This document shows, one piece after another, positions 51,305 through 59,537 of a stretch of 64,000 bases of DNA (positions are counted from its first letter, which is position 1; every line of letters starts with the position of its first letter). Source of the DNA: an uncultured Actinomycetes bacterium (lineage in GTDB: Bacteria; Actinomycetota; Thermoleophilia; RBG-16-64-13). The position numbers were made by a program, and so were the translations under genes. Under the pieces are notes generated by a model that ran no database searches, had not been told where the DNA came from, and was given only the letters and a program-made list of their open reading frames with translations. Location: NCBI GenBank assembly GCA_963706025.1, contig CAVPLM010000005.1, positions 1,056,001 to 1,120,000 on the forward strand. Reading direction: 5' to 3'.

Positions 51305-52160
51305 CTACTTCTTGTGCTGGGGCCGATCCCCCAGGAAGTCGGCAGCGATCTTGTCGAAATTGTGCCGAGTGGCCTGCAGCGCAACGGCGTACATCTCGGC
51401 CAGAACGTGGACGCGTTCATCGTCCTGCAGGGCGCGTTTCCACGGGCGCATCACGAGCTCATGGGTTAGGCGGCGGACGGCCCGGCCCTGACTTCATGAT
51501 GTGGTTGGCGATCTCGTAGGCGCGCGGGATGAGCTGGTCGTGCTCGACGATCTCGTTGATGAGACCCCAGTCCAGGGCGGTCTTGGCGTCGATCTTGGGC
51601 TCCATGTAGGCCATGTAGGCCGCCCGCTTCTGCCCGACACACACGCGGTAGGAGAAGTTCATGCCATCGCCGGGAACGATGTTGTGCGAGAAATGGGCAT
51701 CCGAGAAGTAGAAGTCGGGGACGCAGATGGCGATGTCCGCCATCAGGGCGAATTCGTAGTGCTGTCCGATCCCGTTGATGGCGGCGATGACGGGGACTTC
51801 GATGTCGTTGATGAAGTTCTCGACGAAGTTCATCGTGTCTGGAACGTTGCAGTTGTACTTGAGAGCAAGGTCGGTGGAGTCCTCGACTTCATCGAACGAG
51901 GCGGGGTCGCTCCTCTGGGTAATCCAGTAGGGGTCCGCGCAGGTCAGGATGATGATCTCGTTCTGCTTGTCGTGTCCGATGGCGGTCCACAGTTCGCCGT
52001 AAGCATTCTGGGTCTGGTAGCTCCAAACACAGGCCTCGCCTCTCCAGTGAAGACGACAGAGAAGAATGCCGTCCTCCGTGCGCTCCAGGTGGGCGAAATC
52101 CTTGAACCGTTCGCTGTATTCCTCTAACGTTTCCACGTGTACATAAGGCTGCATTGCCAC
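51305..52160 (-). CDS. Crotonase-superfamily beta-diketone hydrolase (6-oxocamphor hydrolase-like); +1 frameshift near 51485
   Basis: EEYSERF..LERTEDGILL..H..G..VW, IEVPVIAAINGIGQH and DAHFSHNIVPGDG. The corrected C-terminus ...RAVRRLTHELVMRPWKRALQDDERVHVLAEMY...KK ends at TAG 51305. Confidence 0.8.
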
Positions 52161-52185
52161 GGTTGCTTCCTCCTCCTCTGGGTCT

Positions 52186-52425
52186 CTACATCTCGGCTAT
52201 CTTGTCGTCTTTGTATTCGATGTAATCGAAGTCATGCGCTGATTTGCTCAGGTTGAACGAGTACATCTCCGAGATCACCTGGGTGCGAAGGTACTTCTCG
52301 ACGTACTCACGCCAGGGTTTCACGCAAAGATGATGGGTCATGCGCCGGCAGGAGCGGGTCTTCTGCATGATGTTGCGAGCCAGTTCCCAGGACCTGTCCA
52401 TGATCTTGTCTCTCTCCACGATAAC
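52186..52425 (-). pseudogene. 3' remnant of a second crotonase paralog
   Basis: IVERDKIMDRSWELARNIMQK..RRMTHHLCVKPW..ISEMY..HDFD aligns with the C-terminal part of the adjacent crotonase. The catalytic N-terminal part is absent. Confidence 0.75.
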
Positions 52426-52448
52426 GGGTACGATGGATGATCCATTAA

Positions 52449-52510
52449 CTTCGTATCGGAGTTCGTGTACGAAGCCCAGCCAAGCTACCGCCTGGCGAGA
52501 CGAAAGTCAA
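52449..52510 (-). promoter_or_regulatory. Sigma-A promoter plus operator copy 3
   Basis: Minus strand: TTGACT(52510-52505)-N17-TAGCTT(52487-52482), 7 nt, then CTTCGTACACGAACTCCGATACGAAG (52474-52449). Confidence 0.8.
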
Positions 52511-52519
52511 CAGCCCTTG

Positions 52520-52588
52520 TCAGCTTTCTCCCGGGGAGAGCGGGCCGAACCCTTTCTTGTCCTCGCGAACCCATTGGAGATCAGCCAT
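52520..52588 (-). CDS. 22-codon ORF with strong RBS (small peptide or 5' gene remnant)
   Basis: TAGAAT ... GGGAGG-AACA-ATG; translates as MADLQWVREDKKGFGPLSPGES-stop. Confidence 0.35.
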   Translation of the reverse strand: MADLQWVREDKKGFGPLSPGES

Positions 52589-52730
52589 TGTTCCTCCCTC
52601 GGTTGATTCTACTCTGCTACCTGAAGTAGCCATCGTCTCGGCCCCATTGATCCCATCTCGAGGGACCATGGGTAGAGCCACCGGAGAGCCCGACGGCAGG
52701 CACTGTGTTCTCCGGCATTGAGTGCGCAGC

Positions 52731-52893
52731 CCTCACCGGCTTCGGGAAGAGTCGCACAGGCTTCTGTGCGGAACGGAGACACCGACGGTCAGGTCGCCGG
52801 GGTCTGTGTGGGTCCGGCCGCGGGGCTCGGCGGACCTCCGCTGAAGAGTCGCACCCGCGCAGCTGAAGCGGGGGTTCGCCGGGTATCGCGGCC
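52731..52893. repeat. REP-like stem-loop elements (copies C and D)
   Basis: GGAAGAGTCGCACAGGCTTCTGTGCG near 52745, and stem-GAAGAGTCGCACCCGCGCAGCTGA-stem at about 52826-52883. Same core as the 24.4 kb copies, in inverted orientation. Confidence 0.75.
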
Positions 52894-53697
52894 CTACCCG
52901 AAGAGATCGCGGCGCCGGTGCCGCTGTACGGGCATGCGCTCCCGCACCGAGCGAAGGTAGTCCAGGTCCAGCTCCACGCTGATGGTGTCCACCCCTTCGC
53001 GACACTGAGCTACGACGATCCCCCAGGGGTCGACCACCAGGCTGTGCCCATAGTTCTGCCTACCGTGGGCATACCGGCCCCACTGCCCGCAGGCGGCCAC
53101 ATAGCAGCCGTTCTCGATGGCGCGAGCGCGGAGGAGAGGCTCCCAGTGACCGATCCCGGTGGGCACGGTGAAGGCGGCCGGCAGGAGCAGCAACTGGGTC
53201 CCACGGTCGGCCAGGGCGTGGAACAGCTCGGGAAAACGCAGGTCGTAACAGATGGCGAGCCCGATCGTCACCTCCTCGCAAGCAACAACGACCACCTCGT
53301 CCCCGGCAGTGATGTCAGCGGATTCCGAATAGACCAGGCCGTCAGGCGTTTGCACGTCGAAAAGGTGGATCTTGCTGTAGCGGGCTATCTCGGCCCCGGC
53401 ACGATCGAACACCACACTGGTGTTGTAGAGACTGTCGCCACGACGCTCGATGAGACTACCGCAGTGTAAGAAGATCCCGTGTTCCCGGGCTTGGCCTGAG
53501 GCCCACTCGGCGCTGGGTCCCGGGATCGTCTCAGCCGCAGCAGCGTTGGCGTCGTCCAAGCCGTGATAGTTGAACATCTCAGGCAGAAGGACCAGATCGA
53601 CTGCTTGCGCCGCGAGATGGTCGATGGCCTGCCCCGCCGCGGCCAGATTGGCGGACTTGTTCTGACGAGAGTTGAGTTGGGCCAGTCCGACCTTCAA
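52894..53697 (-). CDS. Carbon-nitrogen hydrolase (Nit1/deaminated glutathione amidase-like)
   Basis: Glu-Lys-Cys triad motifs LLPEM, YSKIHLFD and ICYDLRFPE, plus LRARAIEN and GHSLVVDPWG. Confidence 0.92.
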   Translation of the reverse strand: MKVGLAQLNSRQNKSANLAAAGQAIDHLAAQAVDLVLLPEMFNYHGLDDANAAAAETIPGPSAEWASGQAREHGIFLHCGSLIERRGDSLYNTSVVFDRAGAEIARYSKIHLFDVQTPDGLVYSESADITAGDEVVVVACEEVTIGLAICYDLRFPELFHALADRGTQLLLLPAAFTVPTGIGHWEPLLRARAIENGCYVAACGQWGRYAHGRQNYGHSLVVDPWGIVVAQCREGVDTISVELDLDYLRSVRERMPVQRHRRRDLFG

Positions 53698-53723
53698 CCG
53701 CCCCTCTTTTCCTATGGAGAGAG

Positions 53724-53785
53724 CCCCTTACCCGGTCTCCGCGAAGACTCGCACCCGCGCTGCTTCGCGGAGACCGGGTAAGGGG
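53724..53785. repeat. REP-like stem-loop element (copy E)
   Basis: Perfect 23-bp stem CCCCTTACCCGGTCTCCGCGAAG/CTTCGCGGAGACCGGGTAAGGGG around ACTCGCACCCGCGCTG. Confidence 0.8.
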
Positions 53786-53793
53786 TCACCCCA

Positions 53794-54513
53794 CTATTCG
53801 GTCTCGATGTACTCCAGAGCCATATGCCGGAGTAGCTCCGCGTTCTGGCTGCAGCGGTCGGCGATCGACTCCAGGCGCTCGATGATGGACTTGAGTTGGT
53901 GGAAGGTCTTGAAATCGGTGTCCATGTCGAACATGGAGCGGTAGATACCGGCGAAGATATCGTCAGCCTGGCTCTCTTTCTCGTCCACTATCCCGGCCAG
54001 TCTGATCGCCTCCCGCATGTCGCCGCCCATGGCGACGACCGCGTCCCTCAGGCCTTGCACCGCCTCGACATCCATCTGGGCCATGGTGACCAGTTGCTCG
54101 TTCATCAGGGGAGGGAGCGAGAATCTGCGCATGACGATGCGATCGGCTGCACCGGCGGCCAGGTTGGCGATGCTATCCATGGAGCCCACTAGGCGGGCGA
54201 GGTCGGCCCTGTGCAGGGGGAATACCGTTCCCAGCGACAACTGGTCGAGGATCGCTTCCTTGCTATCGTCCGCCTGACTCTCGAGTTCGTCGAGCTCGCG
54301 GGCCGACTCTTCGAGCTCGTCGTAGCGGTCGGCTGCGAACCGCTCGACAACATCGCGCAACTTGACCACGATGACGACGACCTGGTCGGCGAAATCGGCA
54401 AGATGCACGATCACCTGCTCTTCACGTTCTTTGCCCATCGCGTCGATCGCACCTTCGAGGGTCGTCTCGCCCCCGAGCGTGCGCCGTATCTTCTTGAGTC
54501 GCGAATGAGCCAT
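53794..54513 (-). CDS. DUF47/PhoU-like phosphate transport regulator
   Basis: LESQADD..., RADL..L...MDSIA and ESQADD...LESIADR helical repeats. Downstream of the Pit gene. Confidence 0.88.
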   Translation of the reverse strand: MAHSRLKKIRRTLGGETTLEGAIDAMGKEREEQVIVHLADFADQVVVIVVKLRDVVERFAADRYDELEESARELDELESQADDSKEAILDQLSLGTVFPLHRADLARLVGSMDSIANLAAGAADRIVMRRFSLPPLMNEQLVTMAQMDVEAVQGLRDAVVAMGGDMREAIRLAGIVDEKESQADDIFAGIYRSMFDMDTDFKTFHQLKSIIERLESIADRCSQNAELLRHMALEYIETE

Positions 54514-54555
54514 GGATGCCTTTCCTCTTGCCCTATCTCCTGGGCGCTGAGCCCA

Positions 54556-55599
54556 TCACATCACCAAGTTGAGAAGGTAGTAGATCGCCGCGGCAGTAGC
54601 CGCGCAGAACGGCAACGTGACCACCCAGGCCAGCATGATAGCACGGAAGACTTTCCAGCTTACGGCTCCCAAGTGGCTGGCAAGACCGGTTCCGGTCACG
54701 GCCGACGTCACCACGTGCGTCGTCGACACGGGCAGACCGAACACGGACGCGAGCTGGATGATCAAGGCTCCCCCGGCCTCGGCGCTGAACCCGTTGATGG
54801 GATGCAGCTTGGTTATCTTCTCGCCCAGGGTCCGGATGAGCCGGAACGACTTCACCGAAAGAAACGTGCCGATCGCCATGGCCGCCGCGCACGCGATAAT
54901 CACCCAGATCGGGAAGCCGTTCTGATCGACGTAGTCGGTGACGCCGAGCCCTTCCTGGGCGGCCAAGAAGATGACGATGATCCCCATGACCTTGGTGGCG
55001 TCGTTCGCGCCGTGACTGAACGACACCCAGCTCGAAGACAGTATCTGCATGTGCTTGTAGAAGCGGTCGGCTCTCGCCATGTCCATGCGCATCTTCGCGA
55101 AGAACAACCGGCTGAGACGCATGAGCACAAAGCCGGTCACGATCCCCAAGAACGGTGAGATCAGCAGGGAGGCGAACACCAGTCCGAGCTTCTGCCAGTT
55201 GATGCCTCCAGTACCCAGAGCGGCCAGACCGGCGCCCAGCAAACCCCCCACCAAGGCATGGGAAGAACTCACCGGCAGTGCCCAGAGCCACGTGAGGACC
55301 TCCCACACACAGGCCCCCAGCAAGGCGGCTATGACCAGATGAGCCGTGGCATCCTCGGCGTTGATGATGCCGCCGATGGTCTTGGCCACGGCCACCCCCA
55401 CGATCAGGGGGCCGATGAAGTTGAACAGAGCCGAGAGGCCGATGGCGAAGCGGGGCTTGAGGGCCTTTGTGTAGATGACGGTGGAGACGGCATTGCAGCC
55501 GTCGTGAAAACCATTCAGAAGATCGAAGATGAGTGCCACAGCCACCACCGCGATGAGCTGTATGGTGCCGGCGCTCAAAGCCCCGGGGCCTCCCTCCAT
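54556..55599 (-). CDS. Inorganic phosphate transporter (PiT family)
   Basis: NGFHDGCNAV, PVSSSHALVG, HGANDA and PVSTTH. Confidence 0.93.
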   Translation of the reverse strand: MEGGPGALSAGTIQLIAVVAVALIFDLLNGFHDGCNAVSTVIYTKALKPRFAIGLSALFNFIGPLIVGVAVAKTIGGIINAEDATAHLVIAALLGACVWEVLTWLWALPVSSSHALVGGLLGAGLAALGTGGINWQKLGLVFASLLISPFLGIVTGFVLMRLSRLFFAKMRMDMARADRFYKHMQILSSSWVSFSHGANDATKVMGIIVIFLAAQEGLGVTDYVDQNGFPIWVIIACAAAMAIGTFLSVKSFRLIRTLGEKITKLHPINGFSAEAGGALIIQLASVFGLPVSTTHVVTSAVTGTGLASHLGAVSWKVFRAIMLAWVVTLPFCAATAAAIYYLLNLVM

Positions 55600-55770
55600 G
55601 GAAAGAGCCGACGAGCACCATGCTCTGCCGGCTCTGTCATGACTACTGGACTCAGGTTCATCGCGTCCAATAGTAAACGAACTTCGGTAGGGTCACAATA
55701 AGCCTAGGACCATAGGCGACCCCTGCCGGCCCGCGGCCCGGCGCTAAGCGGGGTTACTTGCCTCCCCTAT

Positions 55771-56190
55771 CTATTCCTTCGGCACCAGCGCGCGAAGTTC
55801 TGCAGCCTGAGTCAGGAAGGCCTGGACGGGGGGCAAAATGATCGTCGCAGCCTCTAATATCGTCGCATCCTTGGGAATCGAATCGACGGCCGCGTCCACG
55901 TCGGCCCATGCTTGCTCGGCCGCGGAGGTGGTCTCCTCGTCGACCTTCTTACCGGCCTCGACCACCGCTGCCCAGTCCTCCTTCACCGCATCACGCGCGG
56001 CTACGATGTCGTCCACCGTCGAGTCGGCTCCCATCGTTTGGAACCCGGCGATGGAAGTCTCCAACTGGTCCAATGCCGCGCTCAGTTCTGCCTTCGCGTC
56101 CTCTTCGGAGCCGCCGCAACCCACGATCACGATCATGCTCACCGCCAGGATGACGGCCAACCCCAGGAGCAGTCCACTTCTCAGTCTCAC
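55771..56190 (-). CDS. Hypothetical helical lipoprotein
   Basis: Signal peptide with lipobox IVGC. GGAGG RBS. Confidence 0.75.
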   Translation of the reverse strand: MRLRSGLLLGLAVILAVSMIVIVGCGGSEEDAKAELSAALDQLETSIAGFQTMGADSTVDDIVAARDAVKEDWAAVVEAGKKVDEETTSAAEQAWADVDAAVDSIPKDATILEAATIILPPVQAFLTQAAELRALVPKE

Positions 56191-56499
56191 TCTTCCTCCT
56201 TCGATCGTTTCCGTTCAGGCCGGCAAACACGGCCACTTGCAGTCTCTAGGCAAACTGTAGGGCACCGCCCGGCTGATATCAACTCGCATAGGTTGTACCT
56301 GGCGGCCAGCCACCTGAAACGATGTCACCGTCTTGCTATGCGAAAAGTACCGATCTTCCTCGACCTCGCCCGCAGTAGATCCGCTCTCCTCCCGATCACG
56401 GACCCGGCCTCGGCTCCGCCGGGGGGAAGCGGAGCACGAGACTGGAGCCCGCCGTCTGCCCTTACGCCGGGAGCCGGGACTCCGGGCGCCGTGGTTCTC

Positions 56500-58017
56500 T
56501 TACCGGTTAACCGTACCCTCCCAGGTACCGACCTTCTTTTCCTTCTTCTCGGCCTCGGTGAACCAGCGCGACGTGACGCACTTGGTCTCGGTGAAAAAGC
56601 GGATGCCGTCCAGGCCGAACACGTGGCTCTCGCCGAAGAACGAGTCCTTGTGACCCGCGAAGGGGAAGAAGCTGACCGGAACCGGAATGCCGACATTGAT
56701 GCCGACCATGCCGGCGTGCGTGCGGCGGGCGAACTCGCGGGCGTAGTAGCCGCTTTCGGTGAAGACACAGGAACCGTTGGCGAAGCGGCTCTCGTTCATG
56801 AGGGTGATGCCCTCTTCGAAGTCCCGGACGCGCTTGACGGCGAGGACGGGGCCGAAGATCTCGTCGCGGCCGACAGTCATGTCCTCGGTCACGTTGTCGA
56901 AAATCGTAGGGCCGACGAAGAAGCCCTTCTCGAAGCCCGGCACGACCAGATCGCGCCCGTCGAGGACGAGATCGGCGCCTTCTTCGACGCCCTTGTCGAT
57001 CCAGCTCTTGACGAAGGCCTGGTGCTCGGCGCTGACGACCGGCCCAAGCTCGGTCTTCGGGTCGTAGGAGCAACCGACGACGCGCTGCTGGGCGAACTTG
57101 TTCATGTAGCCGATGAACTCGTCGGCGACACTCTCCTCGACGACGCAGACCGGCAGGGCCATACAGCGCATGCCGGCGCAACCGAAAGTCGAGTTGATGA
57201 TGCCGGCGGCGGCACGCTCGAGCGACGCGTCGGCGAGCACGAGGCCGTGGTTCTTGGCTTCGGTCTGGGCCTGGACGCGCTTGCCGTGGGCGGCAGCGAC
57301 CGAATAGACGTGCTTGCCCACACTGGTCGAGCCCACGAAGCTCACGCCGCGCACCAGCGGGTGGGTCATCAGGATCTCGGCCTCGTTGCGCGAGCAGGTA
57401 ACGACGTTGACGACACCCTTGGGCAGCCCGGCTTCCTGGAGCAGCTCGAGCAGGCGGACGCTGGAAGTCGGCACCAGGCTGGCGGCCTTGAGCACGAACG
57501 TGTTGCCGGTCACGATGCATAGAGGAATCATCCAGCCCCAGGGAATCATGGCGGGGAAGTTGAAGGGGGCGATGCCCGCGAACACGCCCAACGGCTCGCG
57601 ATAGCTCACCGTGTCGTGGCCGGCGGACACGTTCATGAGCGACTCGCCCTTGGCGATCATGGGGGCGGCCACCCCGACCTCGCACCCTTCGATGATCTTG
57701 ATGATCTCGCCGCGGGCTTCCTCAAGGTTCTTGCCCACCTCACGCGAACAGATATAGGCGAGCTCCTCCATGTTGTCCTCAAGGAGGGCCTTCCACTTGA
57801 ACAGGACCTGGGTGCGCTTCTGGAGCGGCAGTCCAGACCAACTCTCGTAGGCCGTGTGAGCGGCCAGGATCGCGGCCTCGACCTCGCCGGCGGTGCAGCA
57901 CGGAGCCTGCGCGAAGACCTCGCCGGTGCTCGAGTCGGTCACGTCCATGTACTTGTCGGTGATCGACTCGCACCACTCACCGTCGACACAGTAGTTCAGG
58001 GTCTTTGTCTCTGTCAC
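56500..58017 (-). CDS. mmsA: CoA-acylating (methyl)malonate-semialdehyde dehydrogenase
   Basis: PFNFPAMIP, SFVGST, GKRVQA..EAKNH, GCAGMRCMA, EIFGPV and GINVGIPVP. Confidence 0.93.
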   Translation of the reverse strand: MTETKTLNYCVDGEWCESITDKYMDVTDSSTGEVFAQAPCCTAGEVEAAILAAHTAYESWSGLPLQKRTQVLFKWKALLEDNMEELAYICSREVGKNLEEARGEIIKIIEGCEVGVAAPMIAKGESLMNVSAGHDTVSYREPLGVFAGIAPFNFPAMIPWGWMIPLCIVTGNTFVLKAASLVPTSSVRLLELLQEAGLPKGVVNVVTCSRNEAEILMTHPLVRGVSFVGSTSVGKHVYSVAAAHGKRVQAQTEAKNHGLVLADASLERAAAGIINSTFGCAGMRCMALPVCVVEESVADEFIGYMNKFAQQRVVGCSYDPKTELGPVVSAEHQAFVKSWIDKGVEEGADLVLDGRDLVVPGFEKGFFVGPTIFDNVTEDMTVGRDEIFGPVLAVKRVRDFEEGITLMNESRFANGSCVFTESGYYAREFARRTHAGMVGINVGIPVPVSFFPFAGHKDSFFGESHVFGLDGIRFFTETKCVTSRWFTEAEKKEKKVGTWEGTVNR

Positions 58018-58085
58018 GTCTATCTACCTTGCCCTTTCTATCGGTTGCTCGAAACGATAGTCACCTGGTTTGTGCCCTCTCCCGC

Positions 58086-59405
58086 CTAGGCCAGCATCTG
58101 GTCCACTTGAGCCAGAGCTTCCTCGATGATGTCCAGACCAAACTTGAGTTCCTCGCGATTGATGATCAAAGGCGGCACCACGAAGAACACGTTGAAACGA
58201 CCGTACGTATAGAGATGCTTCGACTTGAGATACCCGTTCAGTTTGGCCATCTCCGGAGAGGTGCCGTTGTAGGGCGCCAGCGGCTCCTTGGTAGCCTTGT
58301 CTCTCACCAGCTCCACCATGCTGAAAAGTCCCTTGTAGCGCACGTCGCCCACGCAGGCATACCGGGCCTTCATCGCTTCCAGCCGTTCGGCCAGATAGGC
58401 GCCCTGCCGCTCCACGTTCTCAAAGACCTTCTCCTCCTCGTAGGCGGCGAGGTTCGCCACGGCCGCGGCGCACGAGACTGGGTGCCCGGAATAGGTTAGG
58501 CCGCACGCGAGCATCCTGTCCTCGAAGAACGCCCCGATCTCCTCGGAGACGATCACCGCCCCCAGAGGCATATAGCCGCTGGTGAGTCCCTTTGCCGCGG
58601 TCACGATGTCGGGAACGATGCCGTAGTGCTGAGTGGCCAGCCACTTGCCGGTGCGCCCGAACCCGGACATGACCTCATCGTCGATGAGCAAGATCCCGTA
58701 TTTGTCGAGGAGAGCGCGCAGCTTGGGATAGTAGTCGTCGGGCGGCACCAGGAGACCGTTGGTGCCGGTGATGCCCTCCACTAGCATGGCCGCGATGGTA
58801 TGCGGCCCCTCCATCTCGATGACCTCTTCGACGTGGCTCACGCACTCGCGTTTGCAGGAGTCGACCGTGTGGCCGAACGGGCAGCGGTAGCAGTAGGGAT
58901 CGAAGACCCGGACGATGCCGGGTACGCCCGGTTCCACGGGCCACCGGCGCAGGTCACCCGAGGCCGTCATGGCCCCCATGGTGGCACCGTGATACGAACG
59001 GTACCGGGTTATGATCTTGTTCTTGCCCGTATACATGCGTGCCATCTTCATGGCGTTCTCGTTGGCCTCTGCCCCACCCAAGCAATAGAACGACTTGGCC
59101 AGACCGGTGACCTCGGCCAGCTTCTTGCCGAGCTGGGCCCGGGGCTCGGTGGCGAAACTGGGACCGGCGAAACAGAGCTCGTCCACCTGCTTCTTGATAG
59201 CCGCGAGCATCTTGGGGTGTTGGTGCCCGATGTTGAGATTGACCAGTTGGGAGTTGAAGTCCAGCCATTTGTTGCCGTCGCCGTCCCAGAACCAGACCCC
59301 CTCGGCCTTGGTCATATGGATGGGATCGGTGGCGCTCTGGACCGACCACGAAAACAAGGTGTAGTCACGGTTGTCTTGGATCACTTGTGCGGAAGTGCGG
59401 CCCAT
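58086..59405 (-). CDS. Class III omega-aminotransferase (beta-alanine/taurine-pyruvate-like)
   Basis: LDFNSQL, GGAEANENA, SYHGAT, DEVMSGFGRTG and AKGLTSG. Co-oriented with mmsA. Confidence 0.88.
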   Translation of the reverse strand: MGRTSAQVIQDNRDYTLFSWSVQSATDPIHMTKAEGVWFWDGDGNKWLDFNSQLVNLNIGHQHPKMLAAIKKQVDELCFAGPSFATEPRAQLGKKLAEVTGLAKSFYCLGGAEANENAMKMARMYTGKNKIITRYRSYHGATMGAMTASGDLRRWPVEPGVPGIVRVFDPYCYRCPFGHTVDSCKRECVSHVEEVIEMEGPHTIAAMLVEGITGTNGLLVPPDDYYPKLRALLDKYGILLIDDEVMSGFGRTGKWLATQHYGIVPDIVTAAKGLTSGYMPLGAVIVSEEIGAFFEDRMLACGLTYSGHPVSCAAAVANLAAYEEEKVFENVERQGAYLAERLEAMKARYACVGDVRYKGLFSMVELVRDKATKEPLAPYNGTSPEMAKLNGYLKSKHLYTYGRFNVFFVVPPLIINREELKFGLDIIEEALAQVDQMLA

Positions 59406-59537
59406 ATGTCCTCCCTGATACTCGATGCTACATGGTACCCATGTCTGCAGGCGCGATTCAACGGACAGAGTGTCAAAATCCTTTGGAAATAGGCAATGAT
59501 CCTCGTGCGGGCAGCCCTTGGTCGGCGCAGGCCTGGG

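Noticed and set aside
24688-52510. Island as an active mobile element or prophage
   Set aside because: No integrase, transposase, att-like direct repeats or tRNA target is visible in the window.
52615-52730. Possible riboswitch (Moco/cobalamin type) in intergenic DNA
   Set aside because: Only small hairpins are visible and I recognise no conserved aptamer motif. An Rfam scan would settle it.
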